In this document: piece after piece, positions 1 to 12,932 of the stretch | How positions within the stretch are numbered: position 1 is the first letter of the stretch | Layout of the letters: each line of letters opens with the position of its first letter | NCBI GenBank assembly: GCA_951406725.2 | Contig: OX597830.1 | Location: 11,222,001-11,286,000 of the forward strand | Direction: 5' to 3' | Source: Octopus vulgaris | Taxonomy: Eukaryota | Length of the DNA: 64,000 nucleotides | Translations under genes and position numbers: made by a program | Notes under the pieces: generated by a model | The model's database searches: none | What the model was told of the DNA's origin: nothing | Seen by the model: only the letters and a program-made list of their open reading frames with translations

Positions 1-214
1 CTGATGCAAGAAAAAGTGAAAAAATTTGTTTACAGTTAGATCCCTTCCTTCCCCTCCTCTGCCTATTATTCGTGGCACAAGTATGATATTGCTTGACCTC
101 CCATGAAGTAGAGGGCTGAGGAGAGGACATAGAAGAGGCTTGGGTGGAGTCGAAATAAATTTGGTGTTCATATTCTATGTTTGTACTTTCCACTTCACAT
201 CGCATCACAGTGTA

Positions 215-866
215 TTCTGAGCCTTGTTATATAGGTCATATTCTGAGCCTTGTTATATAGGTCATATTCTGAGCCTTGTTATATAGGTCATATTCTGAGC
301 CTTGTTATATAGGTCATATTCTGAGCCTTGTTATATAGGTCATATTCTGAGCCTTGTTATATAGGTCATATTCTGTGCCTTGTTATATAGGTCATATTCT
401 GAGCCTTGTTATATAGGTCATATTCTGATCCTTGTTATATAGGTCATATTCTGAGCCTTGTTATATAGGTCATATTCTGAGCCTTGTTGTATAGGTCATA
501 TTCTGATCCTTGTTATATAGGTCATATTCTGAGCCTTGTTGTATAAGTCATATTCTGAGCCTTGTTATATAGGTCATATTCTGATCCTTGTTATATAGGT
601 CATATTCTGAGCCTTGTTATATAGGTCATATTCTGAGCCTTGTTATATAGGTCATATTCTGATCCTTGTTATATAGGTCATATTCTGAGCCTTGTTATAT
701 AGGTCATATTCTGATCCTTGTTATATAGGTCATATTCTGAGCCTTGTTATATAGGTCATATTCTGAGCCTTGTTATATAGGCCATATTCTGAGCCTTGTT
801 ATATAGGTCATATTCTGAGCCTTGTTATATAGGTCATATTCTGAGCCTTGTTAAATAGGTCATATT
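215..866. repeat. 26-bp minisatellite, ~25 copies (TTCTGAGCCTTGTTATATAGGTCATA)
   Basis: Unit recurs every 26 nt (215, 241, 267...), with a recurrent GAGC>GATC variant. Confidence 0.97.
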
Positions 867-1379
867 TTCTGTCACTCCAGCAACCATGTCATGTTGTCTG
901 CATTGAATACAGACAATGTTGAGCAGTCTAACTTGTGCTGATCTTACTGTAGGACTGTCTGACCACTATAGTCTTTGGCATGTTTATATGTGTTTTATGT
1001 GTGTTTGTGTTTTATTTGTGTGTATAACTGAATCTGTGTGTTTGCGTGAGTATCCTCTTGTTTAATTTGTGTGTAATGTATTCAAATATCGTTATAGGTG
1101 TCCCCTTATCAAAATCGTAGCAACTCCAGCCAACCAGATGGTACTTGCTCCTTCATACCAATCCAACTGCCAGATTTCTACCAAGTCATCAGAAATATAC
1201 ATTGATGTATGCCAGTCTCAGACTAATGTTACTGGTGTAAACATGATGTATAAAGTAGACTGTGAGTATTATTAATCTTTCTACTTATTTCAATATCAAC
1301 ATTTATATTCACGACTCTATATTGCCACATCTACATCATGTGATGGTTTAATGGGATACCCCACTGCCATTCAATGACT

Positions 1380-1544
1380 GAGTGGCTGTGTGGTAAGTAG
1401 CTTGCTAACCAACCGCATGGTTCCGGGTTCAGTCCCACTGCGTGGCATCTTGGGCAAGTGTCTTCTGCTATGGCCCCGGGCCGACCAATGCCTTGTGAGT
1501 GGATTTGGTAGATGGAAACAGAAAAGAAGCCCGTCGTATATATG

Positions 1545-1575
<31 letters not shown>

Positions 1576-1777
1576 TTGTGTGTCTGTGTTTGTCCCCCTA
1601 GCATTGCTTGACAACCGATGCTGGTGTGTTTACGTCCCCATCACCTAGCGGTTCGGCAAAAGAGACCGATGGAATAAGTACTGGGCTTACAAAGAATAAG
1701 TCCCGGGGTCGATTTGCTCGACTAAAGGCGGTGCTCCAGCATGGCCGCAGTCACATGACTGGAACAAGTAAAAGAGA
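1380..1777 (+). mobile_element. tRNA-derived SINE family A (CORE-like, octopus OR-type)
   Basis: Pol III A/B-box-like head (TGGCTGTGTGGT..GGTTCAGTCCC), CTTGGGCAAGT core, internal (TA)n(TG)n, tail GGCGGTGCTCCAGCATGGCC..AAGTAAAAGA. Many copies in the window. Confidence 0.9.
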
Positions 1778-2174
1778 ATAATCTAATGGTATTTGAAAGT
1801 AGCATGGTTCCAGTGGTTGTGAATGGTTGCTAGAATAAAGGTAACTGGTTCTGATATGTGATAGAAGTGGATAGTGGTTAGCATGAAGTTGGTCAAATTT
1901 TCAGGAACATATGAAGGTATTGGATGATACCTAGAGTGGTTCAAGTGGTTTACACAAAGGTTAAGTAGGCTGGCTAGAAACTGTTGGTTAGTCCCAGGTC
2001 AGTCTAAATTGAGCAGACCTATAATCAAAGAATGTTCTACCTATGTCAGATATACATTATCCATTGTATCCTTCCTATTTCAAGAGAATTTATGCGAGAA
2101 TTGTCTACTCTCTTTAGCAGGTTGTACAACTGCACAAAGTGTTTTTTTCTAGTTGTGTAGTTGAAGAAGGTATG

Positions 2175-2555
2175 TTGGCATGGGTTGGACGGTTCAACTG
2201 GGGTCTGGGAAGCCAGAAGGCTGCACCAGGCCCAGTCTGATCTGGCAACGTTTCTACGGCTGGATGCCCTTCCTAACGCCAACCACTCTGTGAGTGTAGT
2301 GGGTGCTTTTTACGTGCCACCAACACAGGTGCCAGACGAGGCTGGCAAACGGCCACAATCGGATAGTGCTTTTTACGTGCCACTGGCACGGAGGCCAGGC
2401 GAGGCTGACAAACAGCCACGATCGGATGGTGCCTTTTACATGCCACCAGCATGGAGGCCAGTCAGGGTGGCGCTGGCAACGGCCATGTTCGGATGGTTCT
2501 CTTACGTGCCCCCGGCACTGGTATCACAGCTACAATTTCCATTGATGTTGATGAT
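2175..2555 (-). mobile_element. RTE-LINE 3'-end-derived repeat (family C)
   Basis: CATGGGTTGGACGG..GGATGCCCTTCCTAACGCCAACC motif, same as the 3' end of the RTE relic at 6343-9600. Confidence 0.85.
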
Positions 2556-2667
2556 GATAATAAAGGTTGCTACAATAAGGGTATGTCATCATAATATGAA
2601 TATATGATGAGAGTGACTGATAGCTAGACTAGAGTTATGTCTTCATATCATGGATAAATGAAGATGA

Positions 2668-3050
2668 GGAGGCGCAATGGCCCAGTGGTTAGGGCAGCGG
2701 ACTCGCGGTCATAGGATCGCGGTTTCGATTCCCAGACCGGGCGTTGTGAGTGTTTATTGAGCGAAAACACCTAAAGCTCCACGAGGCTCCAGCAGGAGAT
2801 GGTGGTGATCCCTGCTGTACTCTTTCACCACAACTTTCTCTCACTCTTACTTCCTGTTTCTGTTGTACCTGTATTTCAAAGGGCCGGCCTTGTCACTCTC
2901 TGTGTCACGCTGAATATCCCCGAGAACTACGTTAAGGGTACACGTGTCTGTGGAGTGCTCAGCCACTTACACGTTAATTTCACGAGCAGGCTGTTCCGTT
3001 GATTCGGATCAACCGGAACCCTCATCGTTGTAACCGACGGAGTGCTTCCA
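2668..3050 (+). mobile_element. tRNA-derived SINE family B
   Basis: tRNA-like head GGAGGCGCAATGGCCCAGTGGTTAGG..GGTTTCGATTCCC; AAATGAAGAT duplicated on both sides; copies at 19692, 59506, 62507. Confidence 0.9.
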
Positions 3051-3829
3051 TCCCAAATGAAGATACTGCAAAGTAACTACAAATAACAATATGGATATCT
3101 GAGAGTAGCAAGGGATTGATCTCAGGAATCACACAAGAAATTACTTGAGGAGAAAATAATTAGGATTAACATGAGAGAATTTCAATTAAGTAGAGAGTTA
3201 CTAGTTGTATTCAATGACAGCTGTATTCAATGAATATTCACCTCAACCAACTGGATGGTTTTCTACTGTTATTGCAAATTATGCACGACAACCATTCATA
3301 AAGTAAAAAATACCTTTGTACCGCAGCAAAGTCTGCAAACTTTCCTGCCACTGAAAATTTAGCTGTTTTTTTCTTGCAAAAATCCTTTCTACCAACTTTG
3401 TAGAATCCTCTTACACGTCACTCCTTGAGCATGTCTTTGTAAGTAGTATTTTCATTGAAAAAGCTTTCACATTTGCTATCTGTCTAATTTGCATCCAAGT
3501 TCAGTGTAATACATATTTGGAAAAATTCCTCCATGGAAACATTTCTTTTCCAATCTACCAGTCTCATCACTATGTACACATACATGCTGTAGTGTGAACG
3601 GTGAAAAGAGTACAACAGAAAAAGGAAGAATGGAAATGTAATTGGGTCTTACCTCGTCGGAGATGAATTCGGATAACTCTTAGCCAACTCGATCGTCTGG
3701 TGCCTTCGTCGTGTCTGCCCCAACTCATCGATGCCACACGTGCGTTGTGCCTGTGACTTCCGCTTCCTGCAAGCCCTGCGAGCCCATACTTCCGCTCTCC
3801 CCTATCCGTCACACTCTTTCACCAAACAC

Positions 3830-4123
3830 CACACATGCCAAGTTTGAAAATACTTTTGGTTGCTTCAAATCGAGGAGGTTACTGGTCCTGATAATGTCGC
3901 TTTTGTTATCCTCAAATAATGCACTCCAAAGCTAGTCCATATTATTGCTAAACTATTCAGTTTTACCATCTGTTCTTCTGGAATATGCTGCAGTTGTTGC
4001 ATGCACAGTAAAGAAAACTTTGATCCTGCCAATTATCAACCCATGCCTCTCATTTCCAGCATCTCAAAAGTAACAGAAACACTTATTAACAACCACTTTC
4101 TCCAACATCTTGAATTTTACTCC

Positions 4124-4162
<39 letters not shown>

Positions 4163-4270
4163 GACCAACACTGGTTTCATTGAACCAAGTCTGCAAGGGA
4201 CTTGCTCTCCTATATCATTGACAAGTGTTTTGTTGCTTTAGAGAAATTCGGGAAAGCAGTGTACTTGACA
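3830..4270 (+). pseudogene. Decayed non-LTR retrotransposon RT fragment
   Basis: Peptide DPANYQPMPLISSISKVTETLINNHFLQHLE resembles the RT motif NYRPISLLS..SK..E; interrupted by (TG)n. Confidence 0.6.
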
Positions 4271-4813
4271 TTGTTACTATAACAACCTATTCTTTCTCTG
4301 CACTAACTAGTTTGACTGTACTGAGTTGTACAGCTAAATAAAAACTGTGCTGCTGAGATGTTTCAAAGCATGTGTAGTGTAATTATAATTCATGATTAAA
4401 TAGAGATTTATTCACATGGATTATAATTACACTACATAAATTTGTAAGCAAATGCTACGCATTGCTTGTACAGAACACATATTAAGGAAGAATATGTTTG
4501 TGTGTGTGTGTGTGTGTGTGTGTGAGTGAATCATTCAGAACAGTAACCTGTAGGCATTTCTCTTTGTCGTCTCCAAAACGCATAGTGTCTGCTGTAGCGT
4601 CAGCTCCGATTGTCTCTCTCTAGCCGTTTTTCCCTTTCTATTTATAAAATCTCAAACAGCTAGAAAAATAGATATATCACAACAGAGTTACTGTTTAAGT
4701 AGGTCATCGTTCGTCCACTTGAACTTCGCTTGACATGGCTCAGGTCGGAGGTCAAAGGGAGACGATCAATCACTTTTTGTCAGAACAAAGGATTTCTTAA
4801 TTTCGCGCCTATA

Positions 4814-4970
4814 CATCATCATCATCATCATCATCATCATCGTTTAACGTCCGTTCTCCATGCTAGCATGGGTTGGACGGTTCGACCGGGGATCTGGGAA
4901 GCCAGAAGGCTGCACCAGACTCCGGTCTTATCTGGCAATGTTTCTACAGCTGGATGCCCTTCCTAATGCC
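4814..4970 (-). mobile_element. RTE 3'-end repeat (family C), truncated
   Basis: (CAT)n tail followed by CGTTTAACGTCC..CATGGGTTGGACGG. Confidence 0.85.
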
Positions 4971-5877
4971 CCAATACATGCATTGGTATTTGACGACCGA
5001 TGATTCTTGGATTCGATTTCGAATCCAAGCTTAGAGAAGGAAGTGCTAACTCTTACACATGTAACTAAGGTAAATGTAAAGATAGAAAGAGTCATAAAAT
5101 TTTGCAAGTTTATTTCTTTTACCATCAACATATGATAAAGTTTGCCTCAGCCACATTGAAAGACCTGAATAACTCCCAAATAAGTCTTCAGCATCGCAAT
5201 GCTGTCATGTGGTATTGCATTGGATTTGTCCTAAATAATGACCCACATTCAAAAGTAACGTGAATTCACATGGATTATGCTTTCCTTCTTCTCCCCACCC
5301 GTTTTGTCTACAGTTTTTGATTTATAGAGGTGACCAGCCTCAGGAGGCCTGATAAGGCCATGGCTACAGTCTATTCCAGATGAATAAAGCTATTAGAAAA
5401 AGATTTTATTGGCTAAACTGGCAAAATGACCATTCCAAAATACAACAATGTCCGTTTCAACACACGACTTCACATAAAAAATCTTGCACAACAAATATAT
5501 AAACGTAAAAAGATGAATTGTTTTTGAAAAATATTAGATGTCAATTTGATTAGAACAATATCTAATATATTGGTTTTTGCATTGCCATCATATATTTGAT
5601 TCATTGTTTTTGTGTCTTTAATATGCTCCATAGGAGATTCCAAGATTTAATCTACAGTAACTACAATTTGTAACCCACTTCTATAACTTTCACACTCATG
5701 AAAAGTAAACATAGAATGAAAAGAAAGAGAGTAAAAGTATCTTCAGCTTTCTTCAACAAGAATTCTAGTTATTGTTTGCACGGTAAAAAGTAAAAAGAAT
5801 GCTCATGTAATTGGAGAACATTCTATTATATAATTGTTTTCTTTTGACTTCAAAAAAATACAGATGAGACTACTGGA

Positions 5878-5917
5878 ATGATCAGACGGCCTTGGTTTCA
5901 TAGAGGAGAATTTCTAA
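5878..5917 (+). CDS. CUB-CUB-LDLa-TM gene, coding exon 1 (MIRRPWFHRGEFL)
   Basis: Acceptor TACAG before 5864, ATG at 5878, strong donor GTAAGT at 5918 (phase 1); basic N-terminus fits a signal-peptide n-region. Confidence 0.55.
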
Positions 5918-6342
5918 GTAAGTTCCATCTTGTATTTTTTAATTTTTTTATCATTTTTCAAAATATCTACCAATATGCTCACCATGCCAATGATTCCCTT
6001 TAACAGCAATAAACAATACTATTGATTGAAGCATTTTCCAGGGCTCAGTTATCTCTTCTTCTTCATCATCATCATCATCATTTAACGTCCATTTTCCAAG
6101 TCATGGCCGGGCCCCCTTGCCCGAGTACTACCAAATACTTTTGTTTTTGGCCCTCTAACAGCGCAGTTGCAGCAGTGCGACAGCCCGCTAACGTGCCGCT
6201 CTCGCCGCTGCTGCCGACTGCGCAACGCCCTGCTGGCGCCGGCCCGACATACATGGCGCTCGGCCGATGGTGCTGCATGCTTTGCGGCTCCATGACATGG
6301 GTTGGATGGTTCGCCTGGGGTCTGGGAAACCAGGAGGCTCCA

Positions 6343-9300
6343 TTATCATCATCATTATCATCATCGTTTAATGTCCACTTTCCATGCTAGCATGGGTTGG
6401 ACGGTTTTGACTGAGGGCTGGCGACCAGATGGCTGCACCAGGCTCCAGTCTTGATCTGGCATAGTTTCTACAGCTGGATGCCCTTCCTAACGCCAACCAC
6501 TCTGAAAGTGTAGTGGGTGCTTTTTACGTGCCACCAGCACAGGAGCCAGTCGGGGCAAAGGGGCTGGCATTGACCACATTCAGATCATGCTTTTTACATT
6601 CCACTGGCACGGGGAGCCAGACAGGGGGCACTGGCATCAGCCAAACTACAATTTCCATTTTTTTATGGTTCGATTTGATTTTGATGTTGATGTACTTGAC
6701 ACAATAGGTCTCCTCAAGTACAGCTTGTTGCCATATGATCCAAAAGTACTTTTACAGTGGAGTGGGGTGAGGTGGGGTGTTGATGCGACACTGGCATAGG
6801 CTACAGCTGTGATCTAACTTTATATGCCGAGTCTTCTCAGTCACAGTATATCTCCAGAGGTCTCGGTTTTTCGTCATGCTTCACCACCTCATCCCATGTC
6901 TTTCTGGCTTTCCCTCTTCCATGGTTTCCTTCCACTGTTTTGGAGTGGCACTTCTTCACACAGTTCTCTTCATCCATCTGTAGTAAATGACCATACCAAC
7001 GCGAACACCTCTCTTGCACGCCACATCCGATGCTTCTTATGTTCAACATTTCTCTCAGAGTGCTTACACTTTGTCATGTGTGCACACTGACATTACACAT
7101 CCAGTGGATCATGCTAGCTTCATTTCTTTCGAGCCTACACATGTCTTCAGCAGTCACGGCCCATGTTTCACTGCTGTGAAGCATGGCAGTTCACACACAT
7201 GCGTCGTACAATATACCTTTCACTTTGAGGGGTAGAAGCTTTCTGAACTCTGCCCAGGCTATTCTTATTCTAGTGGTAATTCTCTCTGAGCATCCACCCC
7301 CCACTTCAGACTTGGTCACCTAGGTAGCAAAAGCTATCAACTGTTTCTAGTTTCTCCCCCTGGCATGTGATATAATCTGTTTTAGCATCTGTGGTATTTA
7401 TTACCCCTGTGCATCTTCCACACACGAATGCTATCTTCCCAGTTAATATTCCTTTGTTGCTGCATCCATAGCTTACACTGGCTACATCTTATGGAATTTC
7501 TACCTACACCTATTCTACAGATTGAGCAGGGCCATCTACCTGAAGTGGTGTGTGATGTGTTCACCTTCCTACTTAATAAGACTTTGGTTTTTGTGAACTT
7601 GACTCTAAGACCCTTCGATTCTAAACCTTGCTTCCACACCTGAGATTTCTTCTCTAGTTTGGGTAGTGATTCTGCCATGAGGGCCAGGTCATCAGCATAG
7701 AGGAGCTCCCAGGGGCAACCTGTCTTGAATTCCTCTGTTATTGCCTGGAGGACTATGATGAATAAGAGGGAGCTGAGAGCTGATCCTTAGTGGAGCCCTA
7801 CTTCTACCTGGAATTCTTCACTATACTCATTGCCAACCCTAACCTTACTAACAGCATCTCTGTATAGTACCTGTTTGGGACAAAACCAAACTGCATCTCA
7901 TCTAAACACTCTCTTCCTAATTAGTTGGGCTATGACCTTCTCTGGGACCTTCATCACTTGACCCAGCAGTTTGATACCCCTGTAGTTATTTCTATCTAAA
8001 GCATCACCTTTACCCTTGTAGCAGTTGACTATGGTGCTGCTATGCCAGTCATTGGGTATGACTCCATCATGAACTACCTGGTTTACAATATGAGTGACTA
8101 GGCCATAGCCCACACCACCAGATATTTTAAGCATCTCAGCAGTGATTTCTGATGGGCTGGGGACTTTTCCTGGCTTCATACCCTTAATTGCTTTATCTAC
8201 CAGGGTGCTGTCTATTCGAATAGCTGGTCCCTCTACTGGATCAACATTTAGCAGGCTCTCCTCCTCTCATTCATTCTCCATGTTCAGCAGTCTTTCATAA
8301 TGGCTTCTTTTCAGAATCATTAAAACCAAGTGCACCATCATCCATGCGAACACATTTCTCTTCTATGACATCACAATTTCTCTCACACATTGTCTTACAA
8401 TCCCAAATACTTCAGTTCTCTGGTCCTCACGTCACTGGGCTTTGGCAAACTTCTTCTTATCTACTTCTCCCTTGGCTATGTATACCTGTCGCCCAGCCTC
8501 CTTCCTTACTATCTGGTACAGTTCCTTGCTACTCCCACTCTTCCAGGCTTTCCAGGCCTGTTTCTTTGCTCTAATGGCTTTGTCTACTGTATTATTCCAC
8601 CACCATGTTACTCTAAATCTGGAAGAGACTTTGCAGCATCTGCAGACTTGGTCTGTGGCACTTAGTAAGATATCCCATAGGAATTTCCAGCTACCCTCTA
8701 TGTCCGAGATCTGTAGCTCCTCCTCTCTCTCATTAAATTTCTTGATGAAGTTGTCTCTAAATTTCTGACCATGTGAAGGGTTCTTTAGTTTCCAAATCCT
8801 TTTCTAGATTGGTCTACTTCTTGGCATCCTTCTTGCCTTGAGTCTATAGTCACTAATGACTAGTCTATGTTAGGGGGTACATTCTTCACCCAGGAGGGTC
8901 TTTGTATTTAAGAGCAACCCTGCATCCCACTGTCTGGTGAGGATGAAATCAATCTGGTTAGCAAAGTCACCTGATTGATAAGTTATTAGGTGGCTGTCTG
9001 GCTTCCTGAAGTTAGTGTTGCATATTAAAAGGTTACATGCATCACAGAACTTCAGTAGCCTTGTTTCCTCTTCGTTTCAGGAACCAAGACCATGGCCCCT
9101 GTGTACACCAGTGAAGATACCGGATTGCCACCCAACATGCCCATTAAAATCTCGAGCCACAAAGATGAGGTCATTGCCACTCATCTTTGAGGTAGCCTGT
9201 AAGAGGTTATCATAAAAATGGTCCTTCCAATCATTTGGTAGGCCTGCTTGACAGATAATTTTTAGCTGTACTGTTCTGCAGGACCAGCCTGAGCTTAAGC

Positions 9301-9600
9301 ACTCTGTCGCATACCCTTATAACCTCTATGACCTTATCTACCCATTTCTCTGCAAGGAGTATGCCTTCACCCGCTACTCCATCCGTATTACCCTCCCAGA
9401 AGATTTTATACCTATGTGCCTTGCCTGTGAGGACCCTAACTGAAGCTCCTCTCCATCTTACCTCTTGTATGCAGCATACTTCGACACATATCGTTTCAAG
9501 CATCTCTATAATCTTACAAGACCTACCTTTCAATGTGCCTATATTGACAGTGCCAACTCTGAAAACTGGGAAAGGAATGTGGAGTAAGGCTTGGGGTGGA
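6343..9600 (-). mobile_element. Degenerate RTE-clade LINE (APE endonuclease + RT + 3' tail)
   Basis: Minus-strand fragments: CCIQEVRWRG..GILLAEKW (APE, 9231-9533), PGKVPSPSEITAEMLK..NYRGIKLL (RT, 7898-8179), Cys-rich C-terminal piece (7382-7678); frameshifted; ends in family C tail. Confidence 0.9.
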
Positions 9601-10783
9601 GAGATGTTATTCAGTGCCTGAAAAGAAGGAGGTGGTTATCGTGTTTGTTTGTTAGACATGCTTCACCTGTTCTCACTTCTAACCTGACATCATTCAAACA
9701 TTCAAGCGTGTTAAGACTGTTGCCACTACTGGGGATAGGAGTAGGATTTAGCTGCGTTGTAAGTATAAGCATTATGGACATCGTATAAACGTAAATTTAA
9801 GCATTACTGATGTTGCAAATATGGATATTCCAATGTTAGACCAAGTAGGATGTCAGCTAAACTAGTTGCATTTGTCCAGGGAGAGGAGATTTTCAGGTAT
9901 GATGGAGGGTATCACCAGCAAGGGAAAGGAGGCTTTCAGACAGAGAAAGAGAGGAAACAAGCTCATCCATACATACACACAAGCACACACGCACAAACAC
10001 AAGAACATCAGCTGCATTTGTCCCAAATGGATCAACCACCCAACTTGGAATGGTCTTTTCCAGATCTTTGAACCTAATTTCCCTTTCCTTGTGCAATTAG
10101 CTCAAGTACTCAGTGTACCAATAAAATATCATCCTCTTACTGCTCCTCCTCAATTGTGGCAAAGGTTGGAAATGGCATCCTTACTCCCAGTATTTATCCT
10201 GAACAGATTAAATTTTCTAAGGAATTTTTAGTAACCACTTTGCAATTTAAGTTATTTGTATTTTTATTCTGTGGCTGTTCAGCAAACTTAGCTTTTCAAA
10301 TATATCTAAAGGGTGGAATATGTCGAATTTGGTGGCTAGATTTTCTTCAGTGTTTCTGAATACAAGCATTGTTCCAAAGTTTGATAAAGTGATGCAGGCA
10401 ATTACCCTTAGAGATTGTCACTGCATGTAACATTTCCAAAGTAGTAACATATCTAATTCCTATTTGGTTCCAATACCAATTCAATACTTTATTCACCACC
10501 ATCATCATTTTAAATACAGAAAGAAAGTAATCATCATAATCACTTCTGATAAGGTTGTGGATCATAGAAATGATATTTAGTTATGTCCATTTAGAGTCTA
10601 ATTTTAAATTCTGTTAGAATCATCTTCTATCTTCCATGGGTCCATAAAATATATACCAATTAAGTATTGGAGTTAAGAAAATTACCTATGTACTTTGAGC
10701 CAAATTTTGAGCTATTGTACCAATATATGAGACAGTTTCTATTGATTATTATATTTTTTATTGAATATTATGATTAATTATTA

Positions 10784-11194
10784 GGATCTTTTCAGTTTGA
10801 CCGGCAGTTTTTTCTAGCGGTGTCATATGAAATTGTCACCCATAATTATGACCCTAGTATCGATCTATTGCATTTCAATCTGTTTTAGGGTTAGGGCTGG
10901 GGGGAAGGGTATCTTTTTTTCTTCACAAATGTAAATAAACCCAATCTGTTTCTTAAACAAGGGACATATTCATACGGCATAGAATGTTTTTTACCTCAAT
11001 GGATGTCATTGATTGGTTGAAATTGCAAAAATTGAAGAAAAAAAACAACAAATATCTTACAAACTATAGAATTTTCTCAATAAAGCCAAGAGAAAAAGAT
11101 GTTTTATAAACACATTGTACCAGTATACGAAGTTTAAAATTTTTTAGTTACCTAGAAATTATGTTAAAAACTGCCGTTCAAACCGAAAAGATCC
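10784..11194. mobile_element. MITE with GGATCTTTTC...GAAAAGATCC TIRs and 8-bp TSD (Merlin-like)
   Basis: ~28-bp imperfect TIRs; AATTATTA on both sides; internal TTAGGG pair. Confidence 0.85.
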
Positions 11195-11308
11195 AATTAT
11201 TATTATTGTTGTTGATTCTTTGTAAATTCTAACCTTACAATAATCTCAGTCTCAGATGGATATGTTGCATGAAATATAACTTCATTAATAATAAAAACTG
11301 TGTTTTAG

Positions 11309-11330
11309 GCATCTTTGTTGTTTTAACCTG
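11309..11330 (+). CDS. Candidate 22-nt micro-exon 2 (SIFVVLT, signal-peptide h-region)
   Basis: TGTGTTTTAG acceptor, GTCAGT donor; phase 1 in / phase 2 out bridges exons 1 and 3; hydrophobic peptide. Confidence 0.4.
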
Positions 11331-12712
11331 GTCAGTTCAACAGTAAAGTCTCCTCCAGTGAATTCTCTTTAAAACTTGAAACCAAATATTTAGTTTCAAA
11401 TCTTACAATATATTGGCCTCTTCCACTAAAGATGAAACTGACATGTTTGACTAGGTTTGCCAATCAAATCGACTTTTTTGATTAACTATTTCTGTGTTAT
11501 TGGTATGCCTGAAGTAATGAAACTCGACAACAATAACTTTGCTAAAGTTTTGAATATACATTTTTTCCATGTTACTTTTGCATTTGAAGTATTATCAGGA
11601 GACTATTGTGGCAAGTTTATCATGGCAGCAGCTCTCTTGAAAGCTAATCGTAACTTTAACAAGTTGGAGGGTACTTTTGGATAGTTTACCTTAGTAGTAA
11701 GATTAAATGTGTAAGACTTGCCCAGAAGAATGTGATGGCTGTAAAATATAGTTATTTCCATATCAATTTATATTTATTTAGATTTTACAATGTGTATGCA
11801 TTATGGTGACAGTGCATTGCATCTTGGAACGCAAGGCTATATTCATTTAAGCAACTGCTCCGGAAAATGTGTGCTAGCTTTGAATTCTTGCAGCAATTGT
11901 AAAATACGCTTCTATATGGACACCAGTAATTTGACTGGCAACAATCAACTGTAAGTGCACTAATTATATTAATCACTGCTCATACAAATTTTTTGTTTAA
12001 AGTTTAATAACCTCATACCCCATTTGGTGGAAGGGCACACCACAGAAAAATTCATTTTCACATTGTTTATGTTGGGTAGAGGTCACCCTTATTCAAGCTA
12101 TGTGAAATATATAATTCAACTCATTGTCATTGTATACAATGGCGGTGCCCCAGCATGGCCACAGCTCGTGAGCTGAAACTAGATAAAATATAAAATATAT
12201 AAATATATACATACTAGATCACAGCTTAAGTATCAATAACAACATTTAGTGGAAGCTAGATAGCAAAAACATACCATAGTGCAAATATACAGGTGTCTCC
12301 CTCATTACAGGTATGTCAGGTTACTGACTTTTATACTTACAGAAATTGTAGAGTATGACCGCTAAATTTGGTATATAGTCTATAATTTTGCTTTTATGGA
12401 GACTCATATTGCATAGTTTTAAATTGTTAACAATTTAACATTACCCTTTCTTTTTAGCTCAATGGCTACTTGCTTTTTAGTTAAGATCAAAGCATATAAT
12501 TAGTGATTTGGAAAAGTGTCATCACATTACATACATACATGATGATGAAGCACATCATCTGAAGGTAATTTGCCACCACTTTATCCCATGTCATCCTGAG
12601 TCGACCCCTTCCACTTGTTCCCTTCAAAATTTGAGATCAGCACTTCCTTATGCAGCTGTTGTCATTCGTGCACAATACATCCGATGCCTCTTCTACCCAA
12701 GTTTTCTCTTAA

Positions 12713-12932
12713 CCCTTTTGTTACTGTATTTATTTTGAGATGTTCTGTGTTTCTTTCAATTAATCTAAATATAACAAAGAATTTAGTGAAATAACTTAGT
12801 TATCATTAAGTTAGTGTTAGGAACATAAATTGTGACTAAGGCTTGGTGGAATATTTTAATTCAAAACTTATGAAAACAAGACATTTTACCACAGAGCCAG
12901 AGCCAGTTTTGGCCAGGTTGGTAACAAAAGGG
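12713..12932. mobile_element. piggyBac-like MITE (TTAA site, CCCTTT...AAAGGG)
   Basis: Reverse-orientation copy of 29398-29617; inserted in an old RTE remnant. Confidence 0.8.

Noticed and set aside
215-866. Possible CRISPR array
   Set aside because: Units are contiguous with no unique spacers; eukaryotic context and no cas genes.
2668-2742. tRNA genes at the SINE heads (also 19692, 62507 and families A/D)
   Set aside because: They continue into SINE bodies with TSDs; no clean cloverleaf or T-run terminator.
3690-3760. Minus-strand TCGATGA-GTTG/CGAC-GAAG hammerhead-like string
   Set aside because: Several core deviations and no adjacent stem I.
6100-6296. HDV-like ribozyme assignment
   Set aside because: L3 is too short and the P1.1 C/G pairs are absent; kept only as an unidentified structured insert.
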